Shown one piece after another: positions 9,022 to 18,930 of a stretch of 47,256 nucleotides of DNA. The position numbers were made by a program, and so were the translations under genes. The stretch lies in assembly GCA_018657475.1 (NCBI GenBank), contig JABHXC010000021.1, positions 1 to 47,256 of the forward strand, written 5' to 3'. The stretch comes from Candidatus Woesearchaeota archaeon. GTDB lineage: Archaea > Nanobdellota > Nanobdellia > Woesearchaeales > GW2011-AR9. Under the pieces are notes generated by a model, which worked only from the letters and a program-made list of their open reading frames with translations, did not search any database and was not told the origin of the DNA. How positions within the stretch are numbered: position 1 is the first letter of the stretch; every line of letters starts with the position of its first letter.

Positions 9022-10050
9022 CTATTGGCGTAATAACACCGCTAGTAAAAAGATTATTAGAATCGCTACTAAGACAATTCCACCAATAATTAAACCAAAG
9101 TATAGGTTATCACTACCTTCTTGAACTGGTTCTCTAGGTGGAAAGTTTAATGGATCTAAGACAACTCTTCCTGAAGTGGTTGCAGGCACAGAATTTTTTG
9201 GTGCAGTGTTTGCAGTGAATGCGTTACTGTCAAAAAATCTGTCCCGATCATTATTGAAGTTACCATCAAGAGCTTCATCAATTTCATCTTTCAATGTATC
9301 GATGTCATCTTTTAAATCTTCTAAATCATCTTCAAAATTGTCATCGTCTTCTCCTGAAGCATCATAGTCATCTTCCAATTCATCCACATCATCTTCTAAT
9401 GCTTCAAGATCGTCTTCTATGTCTTTGATTTTATCTTCAGAATCTTCGATATCGTCTTTGTCATCTACTCTGTAAGCTTTTTTAAGATCATCTTCTTCAT
9501 CTTCAAAGTCGTCTTCAACATCTCTAAAATCTTCTTCTAATGAGTCTAAACGAGAATCAAATGAACTATCTGTATCACTAGTTGAATCAGAGCTAGATGA
9601 ACCATCATCGCAAGCGTCTCCTAAACCATCAGAATCACTGTCAATTTGATCAGCGTTAGAAACAGTCGGACAGTTATCTTCTCCGTTTAAAAGTAAGTCA
9701 CTATCTTGGTTACCTAATGGGCCATCAGTGTTATCTACATCACAAGCATTTCCAATATCATCTCCATCAGAATCAGTTTGATCAGCGTTAGAAACAATTA
9801 AGCAGTTATCTTCAGCGTTAAATACTCCGTCTCTATCTTTATCAAAAACATCGTATAGTGTGTAATCAGTATCTACTGGAACTAAAATATCAGTACCGTA
9901 TTTTTCAACGAGTTTATCTACAAAGTCTGGGTTAGCAACAACAACATTGCTTGCACCAGAAATGTCATGAAGACTTTTAGCTGCACTAACTTGGCCAACT
10001 AATAGTCCTGTAAGTAATAATAAGACAAATAATTTGATATATGTTTTCAT
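9022..10050 (-). CDS. acidic cell-surface protein with thrombospondin type-3 (Ca-binding) repeats and C-terminal TM anchor
   Basis: ATG at 10050 is preceded by GGAGG. Signal peptide [23 protein letters not shown] and TSP3 repeats ([62 protein letters not shown]). A long D/E-rich region and a C-terminal TM follow. Confidence 0.7.
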   Translation of the reverse strand: MKTYIKLFVLLLLTGLLVGQVSAAKSLHDISGASNVVVANPDFVDKLVEKYGTDILVPVDTDYTLYDVFDKDRDGVFNAEDNCLIVSNADQTDSDGDDIGNACDVDNTDGPLGNQDSDLLLNGEDNCPTVSNADQIDSDSDGLGDACDDGSSSSDSTSDTDSSFDSRLDSLEEDFRDVEDDFEDEEDDLKKAYRVDDKDDIEDSEDKIKDIEDDLEALEDDVDELEDDYDASGEDDDNFEDDLEDLKDDIDTLKDEIDEALDGNFNNDRDRFFDSNAFTANTAPKNSVPATTSGRVVLDPLNFPPREPVQEGSDNLYFGLIIGGIVLVAILIIFLLAVLLRQ

Positions 10051-10130
10051 GGTTTTGTAAACCTCCGTAAACACTTCAGAGAGAACTCTATTTATAAACT
10101 TTTCCAAAAAGAACCACTTTTAAGTAACAA

Positions 10131-10613
10131 CTAAACAATTACTGTGCCCCTATATGTCTTTGGCAAAAAATTCAATATTTTGCCTTCTTTATACTGAGCA
10201 CACCCAAGAATCTCATTTTTGTAACGTAAAATTATTGCTTTTGAAGATTCTCCAAGATCCTGGGGAAGATCTTCTCCCTGAAAATATGCCTTAACTTCAT
10301 CAGAAGTAAAGTCAATAATCGGTTTAACTTGTTTTCCTCCTAATTTTACTATAAACTGTGCTCCCTCTTTGCTTAATCGAAAATGATTTTCTTTTAATTC
10401 TCCAAAATATAACCCCATTCTATCAATCTTTAAATGTTCTAAATTAACTTTAGAAATACTTTTGTTTACTAAGAATAATCTACCTTTTTCTGAAAGCAAG
10501 AATGCATAATCCCCTGAAGGAAAAAATCCATATTGTTTTTCCATGAGTAAACGTAACTTCTTAATTTCTCGTGAATTTTGTATTTTATATGTTTGCACTA
10601 TCCTACTCCCCAT
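10131..10613 (-). CDS. PUA-domain RNA-binding protein (NIP7-like)
   Basis: Size and C-terminal pattern (ILRYKNEILGCAQYKEGKILNFLPKTYRG) resemble archaeal NIP7/PUA proteins. Its start overlaps the aIF5B stop by 16 nt. Confidence 0.5.
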   Translation of the reverse strand: MGSRIVQTYKIQNSREIKKLRLLMEKQYGFFPSGDYAFLLSEKGRLFLVNKSISKVNLEHLKIDRMGLYFGELKENHFRLSKEGAQFIVKLGGKQVKPIIDFTSDEVKAYFQGEDLPQDLGESSKAIILRYKNEILGCAQYKEGKILNFLPKTYRGTVIV

Positions 10614-12373
10614 ACTGCATTATTTTTTCTTTTAATTTCTGCAATTTCTTTTAATACCACTAATTCCATTTGATGAAGATGCTTTTTTAACACTTTCAAT
10701 TTTTTAAAATCTTCTTCTGGAATATCTGAGTATAAAAAATCGCCTTCATCAACCTGTCTTCCAACAGTAACATTATCAAGTGCCATTGCTAATTGTTTTC
10801 CTTGTTCCGCTACAGAAACTGAATCTTTTCCTTCTTGTAAACTCTTAACTATAGAAATTTTTCTTCCTTCTATGTTCATCACAGGATCTCCTGTTTTAAT
10901 TCTACCAATTTCAATTTCAACTCCAACAATTGCTGGATTACTTTGTCTAAATGTGTACCCTTTTAATACCGCAAATTTACATGGTCGAACTAATTTTGTA
11001 AACTCTTTTAATTCAATGGCCTTCTTCAAATTATCTACATAGGCTTCATATTCATCAATAGTCTGATAAATAACTTGATTAGAAATTAATGTAAGTTTTT
11101 TTACTTTAGCTAATTCTTCTATCTCTTGCGGGATGGAAATATTAAATGCTAAAAGTACGCCATAAAATTCATTTTTACTTTTCATACTTTCAATTTTTGA
11201 AAGATCTTTTTTGGTAACGTCTCCTAATGATGCTGATGCAATTGGAATCTTTTTCTCCTCTAATAAATGTCTTAATGCTTCTAATCCTCCAATTGTGTCT
11301 GCTTTAATGATTACTCCTTCATCTTCACTTTCTTCAGAAACTACTTCTCCAACTTCTTCTTGTACTTCTTTTTTCAAAGCTTCTAAATCATCTCCTGTAC
11401 GAAGAGGCATTCCTGCAATACTTCCTTCTAACCCTGGAGCTGCAATCTTAACTCCTGTCGCGGCAGTAACTTCTTTAACATTCTTAAACAAACTTTTCTT
11501 TTCTCTCATGTCCGCAAGTTCTGCAGGTTCTAACAAAGCACGGATTTTGACAGTCTTTGCTTCATCAATTCCACCAATAACTAATGTATCTCCAACATGA
11601 ACTTTACCTTGGTAAATTATTGTGTTTAATGTAATTCCTAAACCTTTTTCTTCTTTAACTTCTAGAATTGTACCCTTTGCAGGACCATTCTCATCTATAT
11701 TTAACTGTTGTTCTAAATATCTCTGTGCTAAACCTGTTAGTACCATTAAAAGTTCTGGTATTCCTTGTCCTGTAATTGCTGATACTGGAACTATTGCGAC
11801 TTGTTTAGTGTAATCGTCTACTCTATCAAATCTTTCTGACTGTATTCCCAAATCATTAAATTGTCCAACTAACTTGTATATTCTTTTTTCAAATTCTCCT
11901 TGAATGTTATAATCAAAATTGTTTACATTTTCTAACAAGAATTTTTCTTTATTATATCCCCAACCAGCTTGCAAATCAATTTTATTTGCTGCAACAATGA
12001 AAGGCACTTTATTTGCTTTAAGAATTTCAATGGATTCAATTGTTTGGGGCTTAAATCCTTCATTAATATCTACAACTAGTATTGCAATGTCCGCCAAGCT
12101 CCCACCCCGTTTTCTTAACGAAGTAAACGCTGCATGTCCGGGCGAATCAATAAATAGGAGTCCAGGTATGGTAAGATTTAGTTTTAATGAATTTAGAAGA
12201 GCCCCACAAATTTTTTGAATTGTCTCTAATGGAACAATACTGCAACCAATTGCTTGGGTAATTCCCCCAGCTTCTCTACTTACTATAGAGGTTCCTCTAA
12301 TCTGATCAAGAATACTTGATTTTCCGTGATCAACATGACCAAGTAGTGTAATAATTGGTTTTCTTAGTGCCAT
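10598..12373 (-). CDS. infB: translation initiation factor aIF5B (IF-2 type GTPase)
   Basis: G-domain motifs GHVDHGKSS, DSPGH and NKID are contiguous, so there is no intein. The track ORF starts at a TTG at 12469. The ATG at 12373 (MALRKPIITLLGHVDHGKS) gives the usual length of about 590 aa. Confidence 0.9.
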   Translation of the reverse strand: MALRKPIITLLGHVDHGKSSILDQIRGTSIVSREAGGITQAIGCSIVPLETIQKICGALLNSLKLNLTIPGLLFIDSPGHAAFTSLRKRGGSLADIAILVVDINEGFKPQTIESIEILKANKVPFIVAANKIDLQAGWGYNKEKFLLENVNNFDYNIQGEFEKRIYKLVGQFNDLGIQSERFDRVDDYTKQVAIVPVSAITGQGIPELLMVLTGLAQRYLEQQLNIDENGPAKGTILEVKEEKGLGITLNTIIYQGKVHVGDTLVIGGIDEAKTVKIRALLEPAELADMREKKSLFKNVKEVTAATGVKIAAPGLEGSIAGMPLRTGDDLEALKKEVQEEVGEVVSEESEDEGVIIKADTIGGLEALRHLLEEKKIPIASASLGDVTKKDLSKIESMKSKNEFYGVLLAFNISIPQEIEELAKVKKLTLISNQVIYQTIDEYEAYVDNLKKAIELKEFTKLVRPCKFAVLKGYTFRQSNPAIVGVEIEIGRIKTGDPVMNIEGRKISIVKSLQEGKDSVSVAEQGKQLAMALDNVTVGRQVDEGDFLYSDIPEEDFKKLKVLKKHLHQMELVVLKEIAEIKRKNNAVWGVG

Positions 12374-12512
12374 CTGTGTTTTAGACTTTATAGCTTTTTT
12401 AAACTTATCTGAGCCACTCCCGCACTGGACAGGTTCAGGTAGAGCATATAAAATCGCTATTCTTTTCAATAACGCTCTTCTTTAAACTAGTGAAAAGAAG
12501 AGGTAATTGGAA

Positions 12513-13676
12513 ATGAATGAAAAATATTTAATTGATCACACTGAAAGCCCTTTCTCCAAAGTGATTGCAAATGATGATCACATTAAGAACGTCTTATGTA
12601 GGGCAATTAAGAAATGCAATACAAATCTTCATACTCCTATATCAAAGAATATTAATATTGAATTGCGTAGCTGGAAGAAATTCCTATCTAAAAAATATAT
12701 AAAAGAATTAACCTATTATCGATTAAGTAAATTTTGTGATTTTTCTGAAAGTCAAATAAGAGAAGGTATAAGTTATATTGATGATATTAATAATCCAATA
12801 ATTCCTTTAAACTTCAATTGTCCTGCAGGAGTTAGAATGGATGTTGCAGTGATTAATGAAGGAAGAACCAGAAAAAGAATAGTTGAATATACTAACAAAG
12901 ATAAAGAAATTTTAGATCTCATCAGAGAATGTTCCAAGAGGATTCTTGGAGAGAACTTTAACCCTCATGAGAGGGTTGATCTAAGAGACCAAACTGTTTG
13001 TCTTTCATTCCCTCCCTACTTTGCTAAACACTTTATCAAGATTGAAATTTCTTCTAATAAAAATCATTTACAGGTTGGTGTCCCAGATTATATCTTAAAA
13101 AATCCAAAATACCATAAAATCTGGTGGCAAGGTAATCTTAGTGAAGAAGCTTCAATTTATGCTTTTGTCAGTTCAAATAATAGTTTTTCGTATGTTGTTC
13201 CCAGAATTCAAATAAACAGAGCTAAATCAGTAAGTTTACCTTTTAAATTTCCCCATAAAGAAACAACTTACTATCATAAAGACTTATCTCCCGTATTTTT
13301 AGAAGAACTTAAAGCTAATATTCCTAAATTAATAAAAGATGAAGCAAAAATGTTGGCAACATTCGGGATTAATGTAACACCCTACTTCTCAAAATTATAT
13401 ATTAATAAGAGAGGAGAACAAACCGCAACTTATTCATTAATGGTATCTAATTTAAGTGGGATAGCCAATTATTTCCAACATATTGGATTTGAGTTAGATC
13501 GACATAGAAAACAGTGTGAGTTATTAATGTCTAATAACGGACCAAAGACAAATGATGAAGTTCGAGATATTATCTTAAAATTTTATCAATTGGTTCCAAA
13601 GTACTTAAGAGGAAATAAGAAGATTAAAAATAATAAATGGTTGACTCATAAAGATAAAAAAGATTTATTGGGTTGA
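12513..13676 (+). CDS. free-standing LAGLIDADG-like (double-motif) homing-endonuclease-family protein, Glu-substituted motifs
   Basis: ATG at 12513 is preceded by AGAGGT. Motif-like blocks GVRMDVAVINEGRT and IWWQGNLSEEAS sit at the spacing expected for a two-domain LAGLIDADG fold. The C-terminal block IANYFQHIGFELDRHRKQ is shared with the 461-aa ORF at 39049. Confidence 0.55.
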   Translation: MNEKYLIDHTESPFSKVIANDDHIKNVLCRAIKKCNTNLHTPISKNINIELRSWKKFLSKKYIKELTYYRLSKFCDFSESQIREGISYIDDINNPIIPLNFNCPAGVRMDVAVINEGRTRKRIVEYTNKDKEILDLIRECSKRILGENFNPHERVDLRDQTVCLSFPPYFAKHFIKIEISSNKNHLQVGVPDYILKNPKYHKIWWQGNLSEEASIYAFVSSNNSFSYVVPRIQINRAKSVSLPFKFPHKETTYYHKDLSPVFLEELKANIPKLIKDEAKMLATFGINVTPYFSKLYINKRGEQTATYSLMVSNLSGIANYFQHIGFELDRHRKQCELLMSNNGPKTNDEVRDIILKFYQLVPKYLRGNKKIKNNKWLTHKDKKDLLG

Positions 13677-13973
13677 CCATACCACTGTAACTAAGACTTT
13701 TCGCATTACCATACTTCATTTTTGTATCAAGAACTTTTTAAATCTATCTTGAAAGTAAGACAAGCATCGCTTAGATAATTCTAGCCAATAATTCTCTTTA
13801 AATAAAAAAATAAACTCATTTTTCTCTTTCTTCTCTTTTTCTTATGTTCTTTATTGCCACTGTTAAACAAAAAACAGAAATAATCAACAATAATTCAATT
13901 CTAGACTCAAAAACCAAAATGTTTATATACTTTTTAACATCACCAGTATACAAAAAAGGCAACTGGTGTTGGA

Positions 13974-14690
13974 ATGAACTTTATATTTGATTGGCTGGTA
14001 ACATACCACATTGAACGAAATCTTCTTAGATGTTTACCTTACTTGCAAGAAGGTAGGGTGGTTCATCATAATGGTCTTCCTTATATGGAAGGTGATGAAA
14101 ATACACATTATTCAGGTTTGTTAATTGTAGCACATCCTTTGGCTACTGCTCCTTCACAACTTGCCGATGCAGAAGACGTTGAGCAGTTTGAACCAGTTTT
14201 AGACAAAGCTGCATTTTTTAGCTATCTTGAAAGAGTAGGTAAAAAAGATGGAGCTCATTTTTTTGATCCACAAAGTAAAAGGGTTGCAAGAGTTTTTGAG
14301 TTAAACAATGTACCCCTTAAAGGCCTACCTTGGGGCCAAGTTTTATCAACAAAACTTCCCAAGAACTTTGTTTACAATGATGGAAGAGGCGTTGCTCGTG
14401 CAGATTTAGGGACTAAAACAAGATTAGCAATAAAATTACCAATGAAATATCCTGGTTTAGAAATATTTCAAGTAAAACAATCTGCTTATGGTAGGTTTGG
14501 AGTTGGAAAAGTAACTCATTTTACACAAGAGGGTTTAACAAAAGAATTTTTCTTTGATTTTAATGGACAGAATATAGAAGGTGTTTATAGAACATATCAT
14601 CATGAAGCTGGTTCAGTTCAATCAGCGGAAAGAAGGTCCACTATTGATATTTCACAATTACCTCACGTTTTACAACAGGAATTATTATAA
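13974..14690 (+). CDS. hypothetical protein
   Basis: Track ORF of 238 aa with a TATA-like GTTTATATAC at 13921-13930. No motif recognised. Confidence 0.5.
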   Translation: MNFIFDWLVTYHIERNLLRCLPYLQEGRVVHHNGLPYMEGDENTHYSGLLIVAHPLATAPSQLADAEDVEQFEPVLDKAAFFSYLERVGKKDGAHFFDPQSKRVARVFELNNVPLKGLPWGQVLSTKLPKNFVYNDGRGVARADLGTKTRLAIKLPMKYPGLEIFQVKQSAYGRFGVGKVTHFTQEGLTKEFFFDFNGQNIEGVYRTYHHEAGSVQSAERRSTIDISQLPHVLQQELL

Positions 14691-14714
14691 GTAATTCTTT
14701 TACTTTTTCCATGC

Positions 14715-15791
14715 ATGCAACAAATAGTGGAAAGAAAAATAGAACTAACCATTCCAAAACAAAAAAAACTAAACCGTGCAATGCCAGTTTTTTATAATTC
14801 TTTAATGCAAAGTCACCGTGACATTTCTGTTTTATTACTTAATTCTATAACACAAAAGCAACTTAACATTGCACTACCATTGGCCGGTTCAGGAATTCGT
14901 GCACTTAGATTCTTAAAAGAGTTAAAGCAAGACAAAATAAAATCATTATTTGTTAATGATAAGAAAGCTAGCTTCATAGAGACTTTTGAAAAGAATTTAC
15001 ATCTTAACAATATGACTAAAGATAAAATTAAACTTTTTAACCAAGATGCTTCTTTGTTTCTTTCACAACAAGAAGAATTAAATTATATTGATTTAGACCC
15101 ATTTGGTTCTCCTAATCCATTTTTATCAGCTGCAGTAAAATCCATATCAAGAGGAGGAATTTTAGCTGTTACTGCCACTGATACTGCTGCATTGACAGGA
15201 ACTTATCCTAAAGCAACTAGAAGAAAGTATTGGGCAAAAATACAAAAACAATATTTCATGCACGAGATTGGTTTACGAATTCTTATTAGAAAAGTCCAAT
15301 TGCAAGGTATTCAGTTTAATAAAGCATTAACACCAATCTTTTCTTATCATAAAAATCATTATTTTCGTATTTTTTTTGTTTCATCTTTTGGTAAAACTAA
15401 ATGTGATGACTTACTTAAACAACATCAATATTTTTTGTACAATCCTAAAACAACAGAGTTTAAGATAACTAAAAATAATTACCAGGATGGTTGGCAAACT
15501 TGTGGCCCTTTATGGGTGGGAGATCTTCAAGATAAAAAACTAGTACAAAGAATGGAAAAAATCAACAAATTTCCAGAAGAAAAACAATTTCTTAACACCA
15601 TAAAGCATGAACTTGACATTGTAGGATATTATGATGTAAATATTCTTGGAAAAAAATATCGTTGTAACACTCCTAAGATGGAACCGTTACTCGAAAGATT
15701 AAAAGGGACCAGGACACATTTTTCTATGAGTGGATTCAAAACAAAAAAGAGTTTGAAAGAAATAATAAATAAAATAAAAAAAACAAATTAA
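14715..15791 (+). CDS. trm1: tRNA (guanine26-N2)-dimethyltransferase Trm1
   Basis: SAM-MTase and Trm1 blocks: LPLAGSGIRALRFLKE, IDLDPFGSPNPFLSAAVKSISRGGILAVTATDTAALTG. Confidence 0.85.
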   Translation: MQQIVERKIELTIPKQKKLNRAMPVFYNSLMQSHRDISVLLLNSITQKQLNIALPLAGSGIRALRFLKELKQDKIKSLFVNDKKASFIETFEKNLHLNNMTKDKIKLFNQDASLFLSQQEELNYIDLDPFGSPNPFLSAAVKSISRGGILAVTATDTAALTGTYPKATRRKYWAKIQKQYFMHEIGLRILIRKVQLQGIQFNKALTPIFSYHKNHYFRIFFVSSFGKTKCDDLLKQHQYFLYNPKTTEFKITKNNYQDGWQTCGPLWVGDLQDKKLVQRMEKINKFPEEKQFLNTIKHELDIVGYYDVNILGKKYRCNTPKMEPLLERLKGTRTHFSMSGFKTKKSLKEIINKIKKTN

Positions 15792-15794
15792 GGT

Positions 15795-16028
15795 TTAACG
15801 ACACACTTTACTACATGGGCAGAACCAAACTGCTAAGTTTCCAAGTATTAGTAGCACTAATGCTGGAACCCATGCTCCTAGAACTCCTAAGTAAGCTAAC
15901 AAGAAGTAAAGGAAGAAGTAACATGCTGCTTCACTTAATAATACACTAAAATATTGTTTTGGTGTCCAACTCATACAACACGTCTTCTGAGCCGGTGCCA
16001 CTTTTTTTGTTGATTTTCTTTTTGCCAT
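15795..16028 (-). CDS. small Cys-containing membrane protein
   Basis: Track ORF with a basic N-terminus, two hydrophobic helices and C-terminal CPCSKVC. Confidence 0.4.
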   Translation of the reverse strand: MAKRKSTKKVAPAQKTCCMSWTPKQYFSVLLSEAACYFFLYFLLAYLGVLGAWVPALVLLILGNLAVWFCPCSKVCR

Positions 16029-16077
16029 AAAATATCACCTCATTTTTAATGAATAAAGAACTTGTTGCATATAAAAC

Positions 16078-16515
16078 TTACTGCCGTTCATATTTGCCTA
16101 TAAGTTGTGCTTCTTCAATAATGTGAGAATCCATTGAATCTAAAATCTGTTGTTTAGTTGCACCTTCTTGTAGTTCCAATTTCACATCAAGTGCATAAAC
16201 CGTAAACACATATCCATGTTCACCGTCTGCTGGACAAGGGGCACCATATCCAGCTTTTCCCCAACTATTCTTACCGGGAGTACCTTGCGGTTCTGTTCCT
16301 TCTTCAATTTCTTCAGTTTCTGGAGGTACATTAAATACTATCCAATGGTCCCAAACTCCTACTGACGCATCAGGATCATCCATTATTAGAACTAAGCTAA
16401 TAGTTTCTGTTGGAATATCGTCAATTGTTAATGGGGGACTAATTTCTGTTCCATCACAAGTATACTTGCTAGGGATTTTACCATTGTTATCAAACATATC
16501 ACTAAACAATTCCAT
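16078..16515 (-). CDS. PEBP/YbhB-family (Raf-kinase-inhibitor-like) protein
   Basis: Blocks LVLIMDDPDAS..GVWDHWIVFN and GYGAPCPADGEHGYVFTVYALD are typical of the YbhB/YbcL family. Confidence 0.8.
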   Translation of the reverse strand: MELFSDMFDNNGKIPSKYTCDGTEISPPLTIDDIPTETISLVLIMDDPDASVGVWDHWIVFNVPPETEEIEEGTEPQGTPGKNSWGKAGYGAPCPADGEHGYVFTVYALDVKLELQEGATKQQILDSMDSHIIEEAQLIGKYERQ

Positions 16516-16580
16516 AATATAACTAAAAAAGAGAAATATAAAAAGCTTATCCTAAAACCAAACTAATTCGCTTTACTTAC

Positions 16581-16859
16581 TTAACCCAAAGCTAAATCCA
16601 TTTTAGCAATTTCGGCAGACTGAACGCCATCAAGTTCTTTCATTTTTGCTGCAATAGCTTCAAAATCAGCACCTTCAACTTCATACATTGCTAAAATCAA
16701 AACAGCTTTTAAACCAAATGCTACAGGTTCTTCTTTCCCTTGCATTTCTCCAATAGCTCCATTTTCTTTAGCAATCTCTAAAGCTTTGTCTTTAATTGGC
16801 CCTAAATCAATTTCAACAGACTCAGGCATTAACTTAAATGTAATTACTGCTTTCGACAT
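16581..16859 (-). CDS. ef1b: elongation factor aEF-1 beta
   Basis: 92 aa. The sequence MSKAVITFKLMPESVEIDL...AFGLKAVLILAMYEVEGADFEAI...VQSAEIAKMDLA matches the archaeal EF-1beta pattern. Confidence 0.85.
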   Translation of the reverse strand: MSKAVITFKLMPESVEIDLGPIKDKALEIAKENGAIGEMQGKEEPVAFGLKAVLILAMYEVEGADFEAIAAKMKELDGVQSAEIAKMDLALG

Positions 16860-16871
16860 AGAATATACCTC

Positions 16872-17042
16872 TTAGTTTGGTCCTGTAAAGTTACATGCGG
16901 AACAGTGGTACTTTATTGCGTTCTTTCTTGCAAATACGCTTCTAACAATTTCCTGTTTTCCACATTGTGGGCACATGAAAATTACTGCTCCCTGATCATT
17001 ATCAATGCGCCTTTTAGTAGCACCACAAACTTTTGCTTCCAT
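16872..17042 (-). CDS. Zn-ribbon protein (COG2888-like, commonly next to aEF-1beta)
   Basis: Not in the ORF track; hand-translated as MEAKVCGATKRRIDNDQGAVIFMCPQCGKQEIVRSVFARKNAIKYHCSACNFTGPN*. It has two Cys pairs plus CxxC and fills the rtcA-ef1b gap exactly. Confidence 0.65.
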   Translation of the reverse strand: MEAKVCGATKRRIDNDQGAVIFMCPQCGKQEIVRSVFARKNAIKYHCSACNFTGPN

Positions 17043-17065
17043 AATAAGCTCAGAATTAGGGTTAT

Positions 17066-18166
17066 TTATAAATCTTTACGTTCAACGAGTAATGAGTTTC
17101 CTTCTTTTCTAAAAACGATTGGTAAGAACTGTTCAATCACATACATATTAGTTTCCATATGTGGGGTAAATTCAGGTACGGCTATAGAAGATCCAGGTGT
17201 CATTGCCATAAATATTAGTAATTGATCAGCCAGATACTTGTCCATTGGTGCATTTTTCTTCAATGAAGCAGTTAGTGTTTGTGCCGCAGATTTACCTACT
17301 TCTTCAGCAGTTTTATTTCTTTCAATTAATGCATCACTGCCAATAATCACTGGGTTAAATTGGTGAACATCATCATTTTTGCTACACACTGCCCATAATA
17401 CAATCTCTCCACCAACACTTTTTGAATTACTATATTCTACTCTGATACTGATAGGCACTTCATTTTTTCTTAAATGAACTTCTGCAGATTTCTTGATTCG
17501 TTCTCCAACTTCGTTGTTAGAAAGTTCTCTTGAAACATTAACGACCCCTCTAATTTGTGCTAAATCTCCTTTTTCAATTAAAGTAATTTTTGGAATCATG
17601 AAGCTTAATTCTTCATACAATGAACCAAAATCAGGATATTTTTTCAAAGAAAATTTTGGTGAAACTTCTACCACAACTTCTCCTCCTCCTCTTGGGAAAT
17701 ATCCTCTCTTTAACACTTTAACTTGTAATTTTTTTGTAAATCTCTGTAAATGGGGTAATAAGATGTTTTGTAAATAATCTACAGAAGCTTGCCATTTTCC
17801 ACAAGTTCCTCCAAACAAAGTGAATGTAACTTTTCCTGAAGAGAACATACTAGGTAACAATACTCCTTGTAATAACAATGAAATACTACCTGCTGTACCA
17901 ATATCAACAGTGAATTTTCCCCTTTTTATCATCCCTGGGTTATAGTTTAATATTGTAGACCCTAAAGAAATTTCATTTGTTTTTGCATCACATAACAATT
18001 TGAGTAAAGTAATTGTGCTAAGATGTTGTGCTTTTAATCCAGGAGTTGGCCTACCTGATCTAATTTTATTTACGGTGAAAGGTTTCCCTGTTAATGTGGA
18101 TAATGCTAATGCAGTTCTTACTAATGCCCCTCCTCCTTCACCATAAGAACCATCTAATGTGATCAT
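17066..18166 (-). CDS. rtcA: RNA 3'-terminal phosphate cyclase
   Basis: N-terminus MITLDGSYGEGGGALVRTALALSTLTGKPFTVNKIRSGRPTPGLKAQHL is diagnostic; length 366 aa. Confidence 0.9.
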   Translation of the reverse strand: MITLDGSYGEGGGALVRTALALSTLTGKPFTVNKIRSGRPTPGLKAQHLSTITLLKLLCDAKTNEISLGSTILNYNPGMIKRGKFTVDIGTAGSISLLLQGVLLPSMFSSGKVTFTLFGGTCGKWQASVDYLQNILLPHLQRFTKKLQVKVLKRGYFPRGGGEVVVEVSPKFSLKKYPDFGSLYEELSFMIPKITLIEKGDLAQIRGVVNVSRELSNNEVGERIKKSAEVHLRKNEVPISIRVEYSNSKSVGGEIVLWAVCSKNDDVHQFNPVIIGSDALIERNKTAEEVGKSAAQTLTASLKKNAPMDKYLADQLLIFMAMTPGSSIAVPEFTPHMETNMYVIEQFLPIVFRKEGNSLLVERKDL

Positions 18167-18258
18167 AATAGAAATAGATTATTACTTATTTATTAAAGTA
18201 TAGAAAAAAATAAAAATTGGTTAGAACATTTTAAATATGTTCATAGATCCATTAAAAA

Positions 18259-18864
18259 ATGTTTATTGATTTTAATCAATATGTTTTAGAAAGATTATGG
18301 AAAGAACCAAAGAGGGCGTTGGAATATGCTCTACGCATGCCCAGAACTTATTATTGTTTAACTGTTGGAGATTTTATTGTTAATGAGAAGAAAATTCGAC
18401 CAACAGGTTTTGTCCCTTTTAATCCTGGGAGAAAATATAAAGATGAAAGCTATATCTGTATATCATCTGCTATATATAAGAAAAGAGAACATTTGCCCAA
18501 CAGAGAATTGGCTGTTAGTAAACTATTGGACCAGATGGGAAAGCTTGATGAATCACTTCCAGACGATGAAGCAAGTGATAAAATCTTCGTGCAAACATGG
18601 AATGAAGGATTAGAAAAACTAGCGGTGGGAGAATTATTTGATAACCAGGGAAATACTATTTTAGTCGTTAATACACCTATTGATACACCAGAAAGAAAAC
18701 TCCATTTTGTCGAGTTAAGATATAGGCCCGTTTATAAAATGATTATGATAGAAGGATTTAGATTATCTTCTCCCAGAAAAAGAGGTAAAAAAAAGAGAAA
18801 AAAAGAAACATTACTTAAGATAATTGGGGACATGGTGCTCACTCCAACTCCACAACCTGTTTGA
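18259..18864 (+). CDS. hypothetical protein with basic C-terminal tail
   Basis: Track ORF with a TATA-like box about 35 nt upstream. The only feature is a KRGKKKRKKE tail. Confidence 0.45.
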   Translation: MFIDFNQYVLERLWKEPKRALEYALRMPRTYYCLTVGDFIVNEKKIRPTGFVPFNPGRKYKDESYICISSAIYKKREHLPNRELAVSKLLDQMGKLDESLPDDEASDKIFVQTWNEGLEKLAVGELFDNQGNTILVVNTPIDTPERKLHFVELRYRPVYKMIMIEGFRLSSPRKRGKKKRKKETLLKIIGDMVLTPTPQPV

Positions 18865-18930
18865 TTAAAAAACAAGTTAACTTATTACATATTAAAAACT
18901 ATAGAAAAAATAAAGTAAAATAAGAAAAAA

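Noticed and set aside
10598-12373. Intein in aIF5B, a common intein host, given the adjacent LAGLIDADG-like gene
   Set aside because: The G1, G3 and G4 motifs and the overall length (about 590 aa) are contiguous and normal. No Hint-like insertion is seen.
12440-12469. 13-nt identity (GAAAAGAATAGCG) between the region upstream of aIF5B and the ABCE1 5' end, hinting at a shared endonuclease target
   Set aside because: Exact 13-mers are expected by chance many times in a 47-kb AT-rich window when both strands are considered. There is no flanking similarity.
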